From: Macrostomum hystrix
Lineage: Eukaryota > Animalia > Platyhelminthes
Length of the DNA stretch: 64,000 nucleotides
Assembly: GCA_950097015.1 (NCBI GenBank)
Contig: CATNEN010000038.1
Span: forward strand, 23,994,001 to 24,058,000
Reading direction: 5' to 3'
Below, piece by piece: positions 1 to 14,045 of this stretch (position 1 is the first letter of the stretch; each line of letters begins with the position of its first letter). Both the position numbers and the translations under genes were made by a program. The notes under the pieces were generated by a model. That model was not told the origin of the DNA and did no database searches. It was given only the letters and a program-made list of their open reading frames with translations.

Positions 1-1145
1 TCAGTCACTCTCAATCTCACTCTAATCGATTTGATTTTTACAATCGCTCAGTCACTCACAATGTCACTCTAATAGATTTGATTTTTACAATCGCTCAGTC
101 ACTCACAATGTCACTCTAATCGATTTGATTTTACAATCGCTCAGTCACTCACAATGTCACTCTAATCGATTTGATTTTACAATCACTCAGTCACTCACAA
201 TGTCACTCTAATCGATTTGATTTTACAATCACTCAGTCACTCTCAATCTCACTCTAATCGATTTGATTTTACAATCACTCAGTCACTCTCAATCTCACTC
301 TAATCGATTTGATTTTACAATCACTCAGTCACTCTCAATCTCACTCAAATCGATTTGATTTTACAATCGCTCAGTCAATTCTCAATGTCACTCTAATCGA
401 TTTGATTTTACAATCACTCAGTCACTCTCAATCTCACTCAAATCGATTTGATTTTACAATCGCTCAGTCACTCTCAATCTCACTCTAATCGATTTGATTT
501 TACAATCACTCAGTCACTCTCAATCTCACTCAAATCGATTTGATTTTACAATCGCTCAGTCACTCTCAATCTCACTCTAATCGATTTGATTTTACAATCA
601 CTCAGTCACTCTCAATCTCACTCTAATCGATTTGATTTTTACAATCGCTCAGTCACTCACAATGTCACTCTAATCGATTTGATTTTACAATCGCTCAGTC
701 ACTCACAATGTCACTCTAATCGATTTGATTTTTACAATCGCTCAGTCACTCACAATGTCACTCTAATCGATTTTATTTTACAATCGCTCAGTCACTCACA
801 ATGTCACTCTAATCGATTTGATTTTACAATTGCTCAGTCACTCACAATGTCACTCTAATCGATTTGATTTTACAATCGCTCAGTCACTCACAATGTCACT
901 CGAATCGATTTGATTTTTACAATCGCTCAGTCACTCACAATGTCACTCTAATCGATTTGATTTTACAATCGCTCAGTCACTCACAATGTCACTCTAATCG
1001 ATTTGATTTTACAATCGCTGTCACCCTCAATGTCACTCTAATCGATTTGATTTTACAATCGCTCAGTCACTCTCAATGTCACTCTAATCGATTTGATTTT
1101 ACAATCGCTCAGTCACTCTCAATCTCACTCTAATCGATTTGATTT
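1..1145. repeat. 46-47 bp tandem minisatellite (CTCAGTCACTCACAATGTCACTCTAATCGATTTGATTTTACAATCG)n, runs off the window start
   Basis: Direct periodicity, e.g. CGAT at 121 and 167. Confidence 0.95.
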
Positions 1146-1959
1146 CACTGAAATGGGTTTTACATTGGTAACTAATTAGTCTGGTAACTCTAGTACTCTA
1201 ATCATTTGAGTCTCAAATTTGAGAAAGCTTCGCCCAGCAATGTGACAGACAGGTCATTAGCCAGTTCTCGGACCCAACGAAGAGAACTTGCAATCGCTGG
1301 CTTATAAAACAACATTTCGCGCATTGAAAATAATGTCTTAACTCGTACTAAACCTAGAATCTAGATGAACGCCGCACAATATCGACAGCCTTTGGTCACA
1401 GCCTCCAAGAAAAATCGATAATCTAAATCTCCCCTATATATGTATAGAGTATATAATAAAACTGGCCTTGTTCAGCTAATCACAAGCTACAGTACCGGGT
1501 TTCGAGAAAAATAATCAATGTCTATTTCCAACCCAGCTAGCCGTGTGGGCTACAGAAAAAAATAGATAATCGGTAAACTGGCTTTGTAGAAAGATGAGAG
1601 AAAAGTGGTCTGAGACAGTTTTTACTACTGAGAAGACACGGCTAGGGATTAGAGAATAGCTGGAGGGTGAAGAGGATGCGGACGTCTCTTGTTCACTCTC
1701 TCTCTTTCTCTCTCTCACAGTTTTATAGTCTATAGTTCATACTTTCACTTCTAAATCTTCTTGAATTACTCTTGTTTGAAGCCCGGAGACTTCGACCCAA
1801 GTGCACTGGCAAAGTAGGCGCTTCGGCAATTCTTTATGTTAGACAAATTTTGCAATATTTGCATCAATTACAGGCTCAAGAGATAGCAATAGTGGCATCT
1901 GGTGGAAGGGAATGGGATTTTGAGAAAAAAGTGGGATGTGGAGTAAAGGAGTGATACTT

Positions 1960-3400
1960 CGAAGAAAAATGGAATTTCTATGAAAATAATGGAATTTCGA
2001 GGAAAATAATGGAATTTCGAGGAAAATAATGGAATTTCTATGAAAATAATGGAATTTCGAGGAAAATAATGGAATTTCGAGGAAAATAATGGAAATTTGA
2101 TGAAAACAATGGGATTTCAAGGAAAAAGCGGGATTTCATGGAAAGGAGTAGGATTTCGAGGAAAATAATGGAATTTCGAGGAAAATAATGGAATTTTAAT
2201 GAAAATAATGGAATTTCTATGAAAATAATGGAATTTCTATGAAAATAATGGAATTTCGAGGAAAATAATGGAATTTTGATGAAAATAATGGAATTTCGAG
2301 GAAAATAATGGAATTTCGAGGAAAATAATGGAATTTTGATGAAAATAATGGAATTTCGAGGAAAACAATGGAATTTCGAGGAAAATAATGGAAATTTGAT
2401 GAAAACAATGGGATTTCAAGGAAAAAGCGGGATTTCATGGAAAGGAGTAGGATTTCGAGGAAAAGAGTGGGATTTCGAGGAAAGGAGTGGGATTTCGTGG
2501 AAAAGAGTGGGATTTCGTGGAAAAGAGTGGGATTTCGAGGAAAAGAGTCGGATTTCGTTGAAAAGAGTGGGATTTCGTGGAAAAGAGTGGCATTTCGAGG
2601 AAAAGAGTGGGATTTCGTGGAAAAGAGTGAGATTTCATGGAAAAGATTGGGATTTCGTGGAAAAGAGTGAGATTTCATGGAAAAGGGTGGGATTTCGAGG
2701 AAAGGAGTAGGATTTCGAGGAAAGGAGTGGGATTTCATGGAAGAGAGTGGGATTTCGTGGAAAAGAGTGGGATTTCGTGGAAAAGAGTGGGATTTCGAGG
2801 AAAAGAGTGAGATTTCATGGAAAAGGGTGGGATTTCGAGGAAAGGAGTAGGATTTCGAGGAAAGGAGTGGGATTTCATGGAAAAGAGTGGGATTTCGTGG
2901 AAAAGAGTGGTATTTCGTGGAAAAGAGTGGGATTTCGAGGAAAAGAGTGAGATTTCATGGAAAAGAGTGGGATTTCGAGGAAAGGAGTAGGATTTCGAGG
3001 AAAGGAGTAGGATTTCGAGGAAAGGAGTGGGATTTCATGGAAGAGAGTGGGATTTCGTGGAAAAGAATGGGATTTCAAGGAAAGGCGTGGGATTTTGAGA
3101 AAAGAGTGGGATTTCGAGGAAAGGAGTAGGATTTCGAGGAAAGGAGTGGGATTTCATGGAAGAGAGTGGGATTTCGTGGAAAAGAATGGGATTTCAAGGA
3201 AAGGCGTGGGATTTCGAGGAAAGAGTGGGATTTCGAGGAAAGAGTGGGATTTCGAGGAAAGAGTGGGATTTCGAGGAAAGGAGTAGGATTTCGAGGAATG
3301 AGTGGGATTTCGAGGAAAGGAGTAGGATTTCGAGGAAAGGAGTAGGATCTTGAGAAAAGAATGGGATTTCGAGGAAAAGGGGAGTGATTTTGAGGAAGAG
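1960..3400. repeat. 20 bp minisatellite, GAAAATAATGGAATTTCGAG grading into GAAAAGAGTGGGATTTCGTG
   Basis: Visible 20-nt periodicity; unit type switches near 2400. Confidence 0.95.
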
Positions 3401-3779
3401 GGTAGGATTCAGAGGAGCAGAGCGGGATTTTGGAGAAAGGGAGAGAGATTGATCAGGGGACTTCCATCCATTTCTGGCCTTATTTTTCCTATTTAACTTT
3501 GTTTGTCTCGGTGCGGACAGGATTTCATAATAAATCAATGCAATAGTGGTTGTGGAGTATAGGATGGCTGAGAAACCCTACACCCCTTAAATCTCAATGC
3601 TCATCGAGTCTAGTTGTCTGAGTATTGCTGATTTATTCTGCATCTGTGTTATTATTTTAGATTTTAGCGAGCAAAAGGCTGGCTATGCTACTTAGAGTGA
3701 TCAACAAATCATTTTACCAAGCATGCTTAAAATATACAAGTAAAAATTTCCTTTTGAAAGAAAAAGATGCACTGGGATC

Positions 3780-5205
3780 CTTGAAGGATGGGATTTATTA
3801 AGGATGGGATCTTTGAAAGATGGTATCTATGAAGGATGGTATCAATGAAGGATGGGATCTATGAAGTAATGGGATAATGGCATCTATGAAGGATGGGATG
3901 AAGGAATGGGATAAAGGAATGGATCTATGAAGGAATGAGATCTATGAAGGATGAGATGAAGGATGGTATATAAGAATGATGGGATCTATATGAAGGATGG
4001 GATCTATATGAAGGATGGGATCTATATGAAGGATGGGATGAAGGATGGCATATAAGAATGATGGGATCTATATGAAGGATGGGATCTATATGAAGGATGG
4101 GATCTAAATGAAGGATGGGAACTATATGAAGGATGGGATCTATATGAAGGATGGGATCTATATGAAGGATGGGATCTATATGAAGGATGGGATCTATATG
4201 AAGGATGGGATGAAGGATGGCATATAAGACTGATGGGATCTATATGAAGGATGGGATCTATATGAAGGATGGGATGAAGGATGGCATATAAGAATGATGG
4301 GATCTATATGAAGGATGGGATGTAGGATGTTATATAAGACTGATGGGATCTATATGAAGGATGGGATGTAGGATGTTATATAAGACTGATGGGATCTATA
4401 TGAAGGATGGGATCTATATGAAGGAGGGGATGTAGGATGTTATATGAGACTGATGGGATCTATATGAAGGATGGGATCTAAATGAAGGATGGGATCTAAA
4501 TGAAGGATGGGATCTAAATGAAGGATGGGATCTAAATGAAGGATGGGATCTAAATGAAGGATGGGATCTATATGAAGGATGGGATCTATATGAAGGATGG
4601 GATCTATATGAAGGATGGGATCTATATGAAGGAGGGGATGTAGGATGTTATTTGAGACTGATGGGATCTAAATGATGGATGGGATCTAAATGAAGGATGG
4701 GATCTAAATGAAGGATGGGATCTAAATGAAGGATGGGATCTAAATGAAGGATGGGATCTAAATGAAGGATGGGATCTAAATGAAGGATGTGAACTATATG
4801 AAGGATGGGATCTATATGAAGGATGGGATCTATATGAAGGATGGGATCTAAATGAAGGATGGGAACTATATGAAGGATGGGATCTATATGAAGGATGGGA
4901 TCTATATGAAGGATGGGATCTATATGAAGGATGGGATCTATATGAAGGATGGGATCTATATGAAGGAGGGGATGTAGGATGTTATATGAGACTGATGGGA
5001 TCTAAATGAAGGATGGGATCTAAATGAAGGATGGGATCTAAATGAAGGATGGGATCTAAATGAAGGATGTGAACTATATGAAGGATGGGATCTATATGAA
5101 GGATGGGAACTATATGAAGGATGGGATCTATATGAAGGATGGGATCTATATGAAGGATGGGAACTATATGAAGGATGGGATCTATATGAAGGATGGGAAC
5201 TATAT
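3780..5205. repeat. 18 bp minisatellite (ATGAAGGATGGGATCTAT)n
   Basis: Direct periodicity. Confidence 0.95.
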
Positions 5206-6309
5206 GTGCATGCAAAATTCTAAATTTGACAATTAAGCCCTGTGGTACAAATCCTATGCTACATGTAGGACCATAAATAGAGTAAGTCCTGGCTTTACTC
5301 GTTCGGTGCTTTATACAGATCGCCTCATTGATTTAGTGAATTTTCAAGGCGGCAACACCAGGACAGTTCAAACTGTAATTTGCAAGTCGGAGTCGGGGCC
5401 AGTTTTCCTAGAAATCGATTGGCTCGCAGTCGCGTCTAAGATCAACAGGATGCGGCTCATACGAAGATGATAACATGCTTCGTAATGCCCTTGGGGGGCA
5501 GGACTAGTTAGAGTATGAATAGTTCTCAAGGATAAAATATGAATTCCAAAAGACTTCGATACCGGACCTCGATTGATTTACCATCCGCAGGACAGGGCGT
5601 CAAATCTTTCCGCCTGTGTCCCATCTCTCTCCCTGTCCTGTCATTATCCCTCGCCTGTGTTGGGGGATATAAGTCCGATCTGCAGTCCAATGGCAAGTAG
5701 CTATTGAGCTTCAAACTTTCCTTTATCAACAGGCCTGTCTTAACTTGACGCAAATTCCATTGAAATAATAATAGAACAAGACGTTCTTCTCTTCCATAAG
5801 TCGTTAAAAATCAGAAAAAAGCAAAATTGGTAAGTGAAGTATTCTCTGCATTTTTTCTCTGCTCTCAAAATTGAAAAAAAAATGACCAAGCTAAGTGAAC
5901 AGTCATGAATTATTTAACTTTCTAGGGTTCTGCCGGGGTTAAGTGCTCGACATTGATATCAATAAAAATGCTATGAAAAAAATTGCTTGACTTTTTTCGA
6001 GATGGAAAAATTCTCCCTGACTTTAATAGTGAGAAGCGTATTAAAAATGTATAATTATTAACAAAAAATTCTCTATATTAAATCCAAGCTTTCTGAGACG
6101 AGTTCTGAAAAAAAAACAAAAAAGTCAAGAAAAATAGATTGCTCGTAAAATAAATAGCTTTTAAAAGCTAAAAGCAGACCAAATGAAGAATATAGATTTT
6201 CTGACGAAAGAAAGAATAATATATTAGAAAGAAAACTTTTATTTGAAATTGAAACAGAAGAAAATAGGACAAAAAGTTTAAAACGAAAGAAAAAATTCAA
6301 AGAGAAAAG

Positions 6310-6660
6310 CGAGAGAGGAGACAGGGTAAGATAGGAGACAGGATCAAGAGAAGAGACACGGGTGAGAGGAGACAGGTGAGAGAGGAGACAGTTGAGAGAG
6401 GAGACAGGGTGAGAGAGGAGACAGGTGAGAGAGGAGACAGGTGAGAGAGGAGACAGGTGAGAGAGGAGACAGGTGAGAGAGGAGACAGGTGAGAGAGGAG
6501 ACAGGTGAGAGAGGAGACAGGTGAGAGAGGAGACAGGTGAGAGAGGAGACAGGTGAGAGAGGAAACAGGGTTGAGAGAGGAGACAGGTGAGAGAGGAGAC
6601 AGGTGAGAGAGGAGACAGGTGAGAGAGGAGACAGGTGAGAGAGGAGACAGGGTTGAGAGA
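6310..6660. repeat. 16 bp minisatellite (GAGAGAGGAGACAGGT)n
   Basis: Direct periodicity; reverse complement resembles the TCTCATCTCTCCCGTG family. Confidence 0.9.
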
Positions 6661-7254
6661 GTAGAGCGAAAAAGTTCTTATATTTAGGAGAGGATAATAA
6701 AGGGTTTATAGAGGAAGGAGATGGGAGATGGGAGAGACAGGAGAAAGTAGCAAAAAAAAAGCAGAACAGAACGCGGAGCAGAGCATTAAGGAGAAAGAAG
6801 CATGCCCTAGCACAGAAGACATCTTGCCTAGATATCGCAACTGATTTGCTGCCAAATCATCTTGTCTCTATGAAACCTAATTAGCATAGTATGAAGACAA
6901 AAGGTTCTCAAACCGATCGATTTCTAAAATTGCGCCCTGGCTGACCCGCTTTTTGACATTCGACTGTTTCGATGCAATTAGCCAGATAATTTATGCGCTA
7001 GTCTGCTCTTATTATCGATGCTAATCAGTCAGAAATTTTATCAACTAAGAATAATATAATGCCTGAGAGTTCTCGGAGGCGGCATTATCGAGGGAATATT
7101 TGCTTTCCGCCTAATTCATTTTCGTCTGCTAGGAGGTGACCGCAGCTCCGCATTTTGTAAAGTCGAATAAAATAAAGAATTGTGGAACTTGCGACGGTCG
7201 AAAGTTTAAAATGGTTTTTCCGCTTTTTTTATTAGAATTCTGCCACCTTTTCAC

Positions 7255-8010
7255 ATACTCCCATTATCCCCTCCTATTCTCCTATTCTTTCAGTTTCCCG
7301 CTAAATTCCATTTTCCCCATTTTTTAACTCTCACCGTTTTCTCGCTCTTCCCATTCGCCCCTATTATCATTCTCCCCCTCCTTCCATTCTCCCACTATTC
7401 CCATTCTTCCCCTCTTCCCATTCTCCCCCCTCGTCCCATTCTCCCACTCTCGTAATTCTCCACTCTTCTCTTCCTCCCTCTTCTCATTCTCCCCCTCTTC
7501 CCATTCTCCCACTTTCGCAATTCCCCCACTCTTCCGATTCTCCCCTTTTCCCATTCTTCCACTCTTCCCATTCTCCCCTTCTTCTCATTCTCCCCCTCTT
7601 CCCATTCTCCCACTTTCACAATTCCCCCACTCTTCCCATTCTCCCACTCTCGTAATTCTCCACTCTTCTCTTCCTCCCTCTTCTCATTCTCCCCTCTTCT
7701 CATTCTCCCACTTTCGCAATTCCCCCACTCTTCCGATTCTCCCCTTTTCCCATTCTTCCACTCTTCCCATTCTCCCCCTCTTCTCATTCTCCCCCTCTTC
7801 CCATTCTCCCACTTTCGCAATTCCCCCACTCTTCCCATTCTCCCCCCTCTTCCCATTCTTCCACTCTCGCAATTATCCCACTCTTCCCATTCTCCCACTC
7901 TTCCCATTCTCCCCCCTCTTCCCATTCTCCCCCCTCTTCCCATTCTCCCACTCTCGCAATTATCCCACTCTTCCCATTCTCCCACTCTTCCCATTCTCCC
8001 TCTCTCATCA
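7255..8010. repeat. Pyrimidine-rich degenerate minisatellite (TTCCCATTCTCCCACTC-like)
   Basis: Repeated CCCATTCTCCC cores. Confidence 0.85.
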
Positions 8011-8703
8011 TTTTTTTCCTTTTGTCCGATTCTCTTTACTACTTTGATTCTCACACGCTTCCCATTCTTCCCACTCACACATCCTTTTGCCAAAGAAGCG
8101 AGTAACCTTGCTACAATTTTCTTTCTTCTGAAAAGTTTCCTGAAAGAAACTTCCCTAACACTTTAAAAGACTCGCATCCTATTTCCTAGAATCTCTGGAC
8201 GAGCATAGGTAATTTCTTAACGGTGTTGAGCAATTATTTACTTAACAATCTTTGACTAAGAATATATTTTTTCGCCCAAATACTCAAGTATAGTTGCTTG
8301 GCTATTCTAGAATTCCTAAGGTCTGACGAGACCTCTGCAGAAGCAATTATCGGATAGGCAAATAGACTTTTAACTATAACCGTTCTTGCATTAAGATCAC
8401 CATCTTAAATCACTCGACTAGATGACTACAACGCGGATAAAGCTTAATCGAAGTTAGATTCCATTGTCACCTGCAATAGCGCAACAGATTTTCCTATCTT
8501 ATTCCGATTCTGTCCCAGTCGTCACCAAGGGAAGCAAACAGCAAGTGTCGGAGCATTTTTCTGTCAACCCCCTACTATCTCCTGTCATCAACCAACCAAC
8601 GGTTAGTTAAAAAAATCCTAGACCCCAATAGGACCTGCGCTTTCCTGCCTAAGCAGGGAAGCGTAGATAATATATAAGCAATAGTTTATCATTTAACAGA
8701 GTC

Positions 8704-9120
8704 ATGTCAAAGAGGAAGCAACAGCAGCAGCAGCAATCCACTCGAGGACGTCATCGCTTCGCCGAGTCTTCAACAGCGGCTGCGGCTGCCGAGGCTGCAG
8801 CCAGAGGCACCCTAGATCCTCGTCACTCCCTGGCATTTGCTTTTCCAATGGCTGCTGCTACGGCTGCGGCTGCTGCTGCTGCTGCGGTGGCGGCGGTAAA
8901 TTCTTCTGATCAGCAGCAAACTGATTCTCAACATCAACAACAACAGCAGCAGCAGCAGCAGCAGCAGCCGCAAGCTAGGACCTGGCTAACCGAGATCCAA
9001 GACTTTGTTGCCAATTCTAGCATTCGTGGTCTGAAAAGAACAATATTTTCGCCGACCCGAACCTTAAGAATATTCTGGTCAGCTTTCGTGTTGGGTAGTT
9101 GTGTGTTTGCGTTTTCTCAG
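8704..9120 (+). CDS. DEG/ENaC (ASIC/FaNaC-like) channel, exon 1 of 3 (model 8704-9120, 10366-11031, 19600-20772; ~751 aa)
   Basis: ATG, polyQ/polyA N-terminus, pre-TM1 FVANSSIRGL, TM1 RIFWSAFVLGSCVFAFSQ, donor CAG|GTGAGT at 9121, phase 0. Confidence 0.85.
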
Positions 9121-10365
9121 GTGAGTTTCAAATTTGCAGACTTTTTCTGGATATATTTCGTTATTGTCATGGGGGCTTGTTTAAAAAGTTTGCGTTTCCA
9201 TAAGTTTCCACTTGAGTTCTTAAATTTACACTGCAGATATAATCATTTAAAAGCTTTATATTACAACCAGGGTATGTGGCCTACGCTTTTTTACCCCCTG
9301 TCCTTGTTTTTTATCCTGCTTTAGCCCATACGAGTATGTTATCTGGCTGCCCCTGTTCACGCATGTTATTATCGATTATTTTCCTGCCCCCTTTGCCCCA
9401 GTGTACATTCGAACCCTCTCAATTCTCTTGCCCCTTGTTTTTCGGTCTGTCTCTCTATCTACATGAGGTTGTACACTGCTATCCACAAAATAACACACTA
9501 CTAAAGGGTTATTAAAAATAATTTACAATCATTTTTTGCAACCTCGTTTGATGGCAGTGTGATCGAGACATCAATGCACTGCATTGCATAATCAGAATCA
9601 AGAAAAAAAAGGATACTGGAACACAAACAAAAAACAAAAGAGCAAAAATACTAGATACTAGATTTCCAAGCAATCTGAAAGCGATATATTTTGCTTTCAA
9701 TCTTCACAATCGCATTTTCAAATCGAGCCACCATCGCGTCTAACTGAGAACAACAATAAAGAACTCAGAACTCATCTGCAAACCGTTTAGCAACGAAACT
9801 TGTCATGATTCACTGTTGTTTGGAGATTCTTTGGAGTAAACTTGTGTCCTCCACATTAGTGACATCGAAAAGTGTTTTAACACAAAATCAATTCAGTTTT
9901 TTCTATCGATCCTGCTTTAGCTAGTTCTGTAGTAAAATTGCATTCATATGCGGCTTGGCCATACAACAATGCGTTTTAACGAGCCTCTCATACTTTTTCG
10001 CTATGATTTGCAACTTTCCCGTCCTGATAGATTTAGTTGTCCTTGCTTCGTCTATTTTTGTTTTAAATTAAGAGGCCTTTGCTTTTAAATGCTTAAACAA
10101 CCTAGTTTTTTCAAAGGCTGGATCAAAGCGCGATCAAACAAAACCGAAACAGAAGGTTCTAGATATAGCGTTTGATGACCGTTTATTTAAACACAGATTG
10201 TACACCAAAACTAGTCTTTTCATGACCAGTGTTAGCGAGCGAGCATTATGATGTGGTTCTATATATCTGGGCAAAAGGGGTTTAGGTGTATATTCAGTTT
10301 CTCAATTACTTTCGCATTATTAAAGTTAATCTTCAAAGAAATGCATCGAACCCATCGTTTAACAG

Positions 10366-11031
10366 GTGGCCTTCCTAGTGGAGAAGTATTTATTGCGCGA
10401 GACCATTGTTCAGCAGCACAAAGCCTACGGTCACTTGGAAGAATTCCCCGCCGTCTCCTTCTGCGTCAGCGATCCGTTCTCGGACACAGCCGAGCGGCTG
10501 TGGCGCACCGGCGCCGTCCAGTCGCCGAACGATTTCAGTGGACAGTTAAGAAACGTATCTGTGCACCTGAGCCAAACTGGCAAAGCTGCTCTGGCCAGAT
10601 CACTGCTCAGACTGGACCAGAGGGAGGCCTACTTTCAGAATATTCCGGACAGGAATCTGCTTAGGCGCCTCGGCCATCTGGTACCGTTCTATTTCTGTGC
10701 CATCAACCCGTTCGACTATGGCCACTCAGCCTATAGGCACTACAACAGCACCAGCTGCAACATCAGCGTCCACGCCTTCCTGCATCCTATCAACCTGAAC
10801 TGCTACACACTGTTCTTCAATAACACCGTCTTCTCCAAGGGATTGAAGTCTATATTTCTCGTATTACCAGCTGGTAGGTCAGAGCCACGACACGGTCTAG
10901 GACCCTACGAGAACGCCAGCTTCCTGAGGGACACACTGAAAAAGTACACAACTGTACAGGTGGTGCTGCACGAAGCGAGTAAAAAGCCGAACTTTGACGA
11001 GACAATGATGCTGACGAATCATCCGTCTGTG
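10366..11031 (+). CDS. DEG/ENaC channel, exon 2
   Basis: Acceptor AACAG|, post-TM1 FPAVSFC motif, LNCYTL motif, VQVVLHE, donor GTG|GTAAGC at 11032; 666 nt, phase 0/0. Confidence 0.88.
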
Positions 11032-11047
11032 GTAAGCGGACTTTCTT

Positions 11048-11400
11048 GGAGGGTCAGTGGCAGAGCGGTTAACGCGTTTGCCTCTCGCACAAGGTCCGTA
11101 AGCTCGATTCCGCGGCGAGGCCACATTCATTTGGGGCGCAGCCGCGGAGAGAAGGCTTGGGGCCTTGACGTGCAGTTTGAGCCCTTGTGGGCTTACCTTC
11201 AAGACACAGTAAAATGCACACTGCCTGACGATGAGAAAGTCAGGGCAGATGTACAAACCTATGTGAGCGTGTGCCTGCGTACGGTATCTGTTTGCGTGTG
11301 TGCTCAGGAGTCAGCGAAATGTGGCAGAATTGCCTCCTTGCTGGCTGCGGGTCTAGTGAACCCAAATGATGGGTTATAGCCCGCAGCCTCACTGCAATAA
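11048..11400 (+). mobile_element. tRNA-derived SINE family A, near full-length copy
   Basis: A-box TGGCAGAGCGG, B-box-like GCTCGATTCC, body shared with several other copies in the window, A/T-rich tail. Confidence 0.85.
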
Positions 11401-12142
11401 AATATTTTTATTATGCGGACTTTCACTTCAAAGTAGGAAATGAGCAGTCCGTGAGCACCTTTCTTATCAGTCACATGAGCATTCTATAGTATTTTTTCTT
11501 AGCTGTCAATCGAGCAGTCTGTTCGGACATTAAAGGTAAGAATGAACAGATTTTCATTTTTTCTAAGTTCTTTTTAGTGGACAAAGTCCACACTTTCTCA
11601 TCGGCAGGATCAGAGTCATCTATATTTTCGTCAATAGTTCTGCCACAGAAAATCCTACATAGAAGGACGTGAATGCGCATTCTGCTTAGGCTTGTTAGTA
11701 CAGTTCCTAAGCCAATCTGTAATGAAATCAGACAACTGCTCTGGTTTCAGAGCTTCCGTCTCACCTAACTGGGAGTGTTTGTGTGTCGGGATAGAGAGCT
11801 ATCAGAACAAGTGTTAAACCAACCCTGCAGGGCCTCATTGACAGGCCGGCAGACTGTTGACACAGTCTCCAACATTCGAGTCCCTTCAATTTGACGGGCT
11901 AGAATAGAGCCCTAGATTTTTCTCAGTCACGACTCACTCCACTGAGACACTCGCTGCATCTTGTTGTCTCTTTGAGAAAAATGTGAACTCTAAGAGACAA
12001 GCTAGAATCGTGTAGATGTACCCGAAATCTGTGTGCTTCTCATGCATATCCAGTGTTCAATCTATTACAGTTCCTGTTGGTAAGCTTTATTCACGAAATT
12101 GGAATGCGATTAGCATAGAAATTCTGAATTAAGTTCGCACTT

Positions 12143-12362
12143 CATTTGGTGACACTGGACACGCAGCCAGCGATGGACCCATGAGCACACACTAACAGAG
12201 GTGTGTACATCAGCCCTGACTTTCTCATCGTCAGGCATTGTACACTCTCACCGTGCCTTGAAGGTTGGCCCTCATAGGCGTAAATTGGACTACAAAATGG
12301 CAAGGCTGTTGTCCGCTACTGCTTAAATACTAACGAATGTGGTCTCGCCGCGGAATCGAGCT
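12143..12362 (-). mobile_element. SINE family A, partial copy with internal deletion
   Basis: CCCTGACTTTCTCATCGTCAGGCA and GAATGTGGTCTCGCCGCGGAATCGAGCT match the other copies. Confidence 0.8.
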
Positions 12363-12933
12363 GGGTGAGTTTCAGCAACTCAGACTATCGCAACTTTTGA
12401 GAAGGCTCAAACCTATGAGTCCTAGGGGAAGCGAAAATAACTAATATCGATCCTTATCCTAAATTACCCAGTCAGTGAACTCCTACCACCGCCATGCGAC
12501 CAAAAATAAATAGAACTCGTCTGCGCAATACGCTACAACCCAGCTGCACCTAACATTGCTATTTTGTAGAGCCAAACATAAAATAATAATATATTATAAA
12601 GGATCGAAAGGAAACCAGTTGCTATAAGTCGTTTTTCAGACAGGCTTTTCACACCCTGCCTTAAAAAGTTTTTTTATAGTGTGCCACGTTTTGCTGAAAG
12701 CTTTCCCAAACGTAAATAAAATTCTTCTCAGTTTTCATTTCTGATACAACTGAACTGCCGGCTGCACTGCATTTGAACACTGGTTTGAAAGAAAAACTAT
12801 TTGTCTTTCCGCTTGCACATCAAACAGTCGCAATTCATTGCTTTGTTGTTTCCTAGCTAGAAAATACAATAGCACAATGGCTTGCCAACTTCCGGCTCGC
12901 GAGATACACAACACACACAAAACACACGCACAC

Positions 12934-14045
12934 TCTCCCCTGTCCCATCTCTCCCATGTCCCATCTCTCCCCTATCTCATCTCTCCCTGTCCCATCTCTC
13001 CCCTGTCTCATCTCTCCCCTGTCCCATCTCTCCCGTGTCTCATCTCTCCCCTGTCCCATCTCTCCCCTGTCTCATCTCTCCCCTGTCTCATCTCTCCCCT
13101 GTCTCATCTCTCCCCTGTCCAATCTCTCCCATGTCTCATCTCTCCCATGTCCCATCTCTCCCCTGTCTCATCTCTCCCCTGTCCCATCTCTCCCGTGTCT
13201 CATCTCTCCCATGTCCCATCTCTCCCCTGTCCCATCTCTCCCATGTCCCATCTCTCCCCTGTCCCATCTCTCCCCTGTCCCATCTCTCCCCTGTCCCATC
13301 TCTCCCATGTCTCATCTCTCCCATGTCCCATCTCTCCCCTGTCTCATCTCTCCCCTGTCCCATCTCTCCCGTGTCTCATCTCTCCCATGTCCCATCTCTC
13401 CCCTGTCCCATCTCTCCCATGTCCCATCTCTCCCCTGTCCCATCTCTCCCCTGTCCCATCTCTCCCCTGTCCCATCTCTCCCATGTCCCATCTCTCCCAT
13501 GTCCCATCTCTCCCCTGTCCCATCTCTCCCCTGTCCCATCTCTCCCCTGTCCCATCTCTCCCATGTCCCATCTCTCCCCTGTCCCATCTCTCCCATGTCC
13601 CATCTCTCCCCTGTCTCATCTCTCCCCTGTCCCATCTCTCCCCTGTCCCATCTCTCCCATGTCCCATCTCTCCCATGTCCCATCTCTCCCCTGTCCCATC
13701 TCTCCCGTGTCTCATCTCTCCCCTGTCCCATCTTTCCCCTGTCCCATCTCTCCCCTGTCCAATCTCTCCCATGTCTCATCTCTCCCATGTCCCATCTCTC
13801 CCCTGTCTCATCTCTCCCCTGTCCCATCTCTCCCGTGTCTCATCTCTCCCATGTCCCATCTCTCCCCTGTCCCATCTCTCCCATGTCCCATCTCTCCCCT
13901 GTCCCATCTCTCCCCTGTCCCATCTCTCCCCTGTCCCATCTCTCCCATGTCCCATCTCTCCCATGTCCCATCTCTCCCCTGTCCCATCTCTCCCCTGTCC
14001 CATCTCTCCCCTGTCCCATCTCTTTCCTGTGTCATCCCTCCCCAG
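12934..14045. repeat. 16 bp minisatellite (TGTCCCATCTCTCCCC)n
   Basis: Direct periodicity. Confidence 0.95.

Noticed and set aside
11048-11120. tRNA genes at the A/B-box-containing heads
   Set aside because: No proper acceptor stem, and each head continues into a shared SINE body
11215-11345. Hammerhead-like words in SINE-A (CTGACGA...GAAA; CTCAGGA-G-TCAG-C-GAAA)
   Set aside because: Stems I-III and an NUH site cannot be formed in register; the CTGAC pairs with GTCAG in a simple hairpin
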